Origin: the human T2T-CHM13v2.0 reference genome, Homo sapiens
Reading direction: 5' to 3' (one strand)
Assembly: GCF_009914755.1 (NCBI RefSeq)
Contig: NC_060938.1
Length of the DNA: 64,000 nucleotides
Numbering within the stretch: position 1 is the stretch's first letter; every line of letters starts with the position of its first letter. The notes under the pieces are model-generated. The model worked only from the letters and a program-made list of their open reading frames with translations. It did not search any database and had not been told where the DNA came from. Shown piece by piece: positions 61,711 through 64,000 of the stretch. Both the position numbers and the translations under genes were made by a program.

Positions 61711-61817
61711 CATTGTAGGTTTAACACTCAATGTACAAGACCGGACTGCACATTCTACCATCCCACCATTAATGTCCCACCACGACATGCCTTGAAATGG
61801 ATTCGACCTCAAACCAG
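61711..61817 (+). CDS. ZC3H14: ZC3H14 exon 16 (CCCH finger 5)
   Basis: ctctattcag| HCRFNTQCTRPDCTFYHPTINVPPRHALKWIRPQT AG|gtaaac; 107 nt. Confidence 0.96.
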
Positions 61818-62024
61818 GTAAACATTCAAATTCGTTTTTCTCATGTCAGTTCAAATTCTTTTTTCTAATTTGCAGTTTCTAAATTTATAAGCACACAAAA
61901 TTGGAAACTAGACTGTTACTTTGAATTTTTTTCTTTGCTGTTTAATTATAGAAGGCTCCTTTGGCAAAATAATTTACTACATGGGCTAAATTTTACATTA
62001 TCCAGTGGTTACTTTTTTAACCTA

Positions 62025-62284
62025 GATTATCTTGCTCTGTTGCCCAGGTTGGAGTGCAGTCACACTATCATAGCTCACTGCAGCCTCAAACCCCTGGGTT
62101 CAATCCATCCTCCCACCTCAGCCTCCCACTTGTAGCTGAGACTACAAGCGTGTGCCTCTATACCTGGCTAATTTTTTTTATTTTAAGTAGAGATGGGGTC
62201 TTGAACTCCTGAGCTGAAGCGATATCCTTCCACCGTGGCCTTCCAAAGTACCAGGATTACAGGCATGAGCCACCACACCCAGCC
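62025..62284 (-). mobile_element. AluJ-like
   Basis: Diverged antisense dimer in the terminal intron. Confidence 0.82.
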
Positions 62285-62634
62285 AGATTTTAACTTCTCA
62301 TTATATACTACGCAAACATATACTAAGGCCAGCAGGAGTATATATATGTGTACTGTACTTGAATTTCACATCCATTTTCTTCGACATTAGCAACTGGGAA
62401 ATACTGAAAGGAAGTTTCAAAATATTTTAGTGTGGCCAGAAAATTTAATTACATATGGTATTATCTTTTATCTACCTGACATAATTGAATTATTTTTAAA
62501 AATCTGCCATTTATATTGTAATCTTATGACCAAATATTTATTGCTTAAAACTAGTCAACTTTTTAAACTGAGATATATGGTATATATGGATACAAAGCAG
62601 ATAATTAAAACAATTTTTGGTTCTGTTCATTCAG

Positions 62635-62641
62635 CGAATAG
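62635..62641 (+). CDS. ZC3H14: ZC3H14 exon 17 coding part (C GAA TAG)
   Basis: ttctgttcattcag|CGAATAG; brings total CDS to 2211 nt = 736 aa. Confidence 0.9.
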
Positions 62642-63890
62642 CACCCAGTCCTGCCTGGCAGAAGATCATGCAGTTTGGAAGTTTTCATGTACTGATGAAA
62701 GATACTCTACAGAACTTGTCAAATCTTTGAAACTTGGAATATATTGCTTTCATAATATGAAGTTTTATTGCCTATCTATCTGAAGTGTCTAATTTTTCAA
62801 GTTTGTAAGTTTATTATGTGGTTTTAACATTGGGTGTTTTTGTTTTGTTTTTACTATGAAAAGACAGCTTAAGGAAGAGCTAAATTCTGTTAAAATATTT
62901 GGGGCATGTTTGTGCACTGCTGTTGTGAGGATCAGCATATGAAATTGACATCATGGTTAGTCATGGTACTGCAGCTTAGGGGGCTACACGGTTGCTGTGT
63001 GAGTGGAGAGATGCAGTGAGGCAGTTGTCATTATTCTAAAAATTGTACTACTTTCACTTTTCCCAAAGATTATATAATGTTCATAATCCACCATGAAAAC
63101 AGCATTGGCCAAAGGTACTGAGGCTGCTTAAAATATTCAATTCTGCTTTTTAATTTTTAAGTGAATTTAGTTTGAAAAGCATGATTATACAGGCCTCTCA
63201 GGCTGAGTGCTACTTTGGTAAAGTTCCCAGTTTTCCTGCCTTCTGTGACAGGATGAATGAGGTGGGTATGGACAGTGGAGGCAGCTGGAATGGCAAGTGC
63301 AGAAAATAGGAACAGTTCTATACAGTGCTCTCATTTACTAATAACATAATGCCTTCTAAATAATTTTTTTGGGAAACTACATTATCACAAAATTATACAA
63401 ATTTTTTTACAAGTATTTACATACTGTATCTGAAAACAGACTTTAAAGTCACAAGATTATAAATGTACATATGTATTCTCACATTCTGAAAAATAACATT
63501 CTCAGAATCCACAGAAAATATACTTAGTTACTACTGAAGATAATTTTTGAAATGTAAAAATTAGATTTAAATAGTATATTTTAAATGACAGAACTATAAT
63601 TACAGAGATCAGATCAGATAGGTAAACTGCAAGATAGATAGGATGAAACTTTTGGCCTACTGTATTACTTACAGAGTTTTTTTGTGTGTGGTTTTTAAAA
63701 CTGTTAAGGCAAGAAGTGTCAAATGCTTTAGAGTTAAATAACAGATCACTGATTTCAAAGACTTGGTGTATAGTGTTAAAAATTAAAGCTTAAAAGGTGG
63801 TTAGAAAAGTGGATTAATGCAAAAGGGGTAATAAAGACTGCAACATTCTCAGGACCAAATTAAACTGCTAAAAAAAAAAAAAAAAGTTCA
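62642..63890 (+). other. ZC3H14: ZC3H14 3' UTR (end approximate)
   Basis: AT-rich, repeat-free sequence after the stop codon. Confidence 0.75.
63782..63864 (+). terminator. ZC3H14: Candidate poly(A) signals ATTAAA (63782-63787, 63859-63864)
   Basis: Two variant hexamers ahead of a templated A17 tract. Confidence 0.5.
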
Positions 63891-64000
63891 TTGACTTGCT
63901 TAGTCGTATACTCAAATGATGATAAACCTACATGTGCAAAGGCTCACGTTTAAGATTGTCAAGCCAGCAGTCTACTGTTGTGTTGCCATTGCTTTTCCAT

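Noticed and set aside
63250-64000. Antisense overlap with the 3' end of the downstream convergent gene (EML5, from recall)
   Set aside because: No coding exon or clear minus-strand AATAAA in this interval; cannot be supported from this window.

Overview
Mammalian (human-like, Alu-rich) genomic DNA, recognisable as the PTPN21 / ZC3H14 locus. The minus strand carries the 5' end of PTPN21: a non-coding exon 1 in a CpG island and exon 2 with the first 60 codons. The plus strand carries the complete ZC3H14 (MSUT2, Nab2 orthologue) coding region: 17 GT-AG exons from 13958 to 62641 summing to 2211 nt (736 aa), plus an internal alternative first exon (45574-45958) for the short isoform and ~1.3 kb of 3' UTR. 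Introns are dense in Alu, MIR, L1/L2, MaLR LTR and DNA-transposon fossils; repeat subfamily calls and boundaries are by eye and approximate. Two observations stand out. (1) The internal alternative exon encodes a stammer-containing trimer-type coiled coil followed by an SRxxDVKIIG motif, the architecture of LINE ORF1p. This suggests an exapted retrotransposon module fused to poly(A)-binding zinc fingers. (2) A ~39-unit minisatellite is built from the end of exon 13 plus its splice donor. It creates an array of decoy donors behind an in-frame stop and a very dense YCAY cluster.
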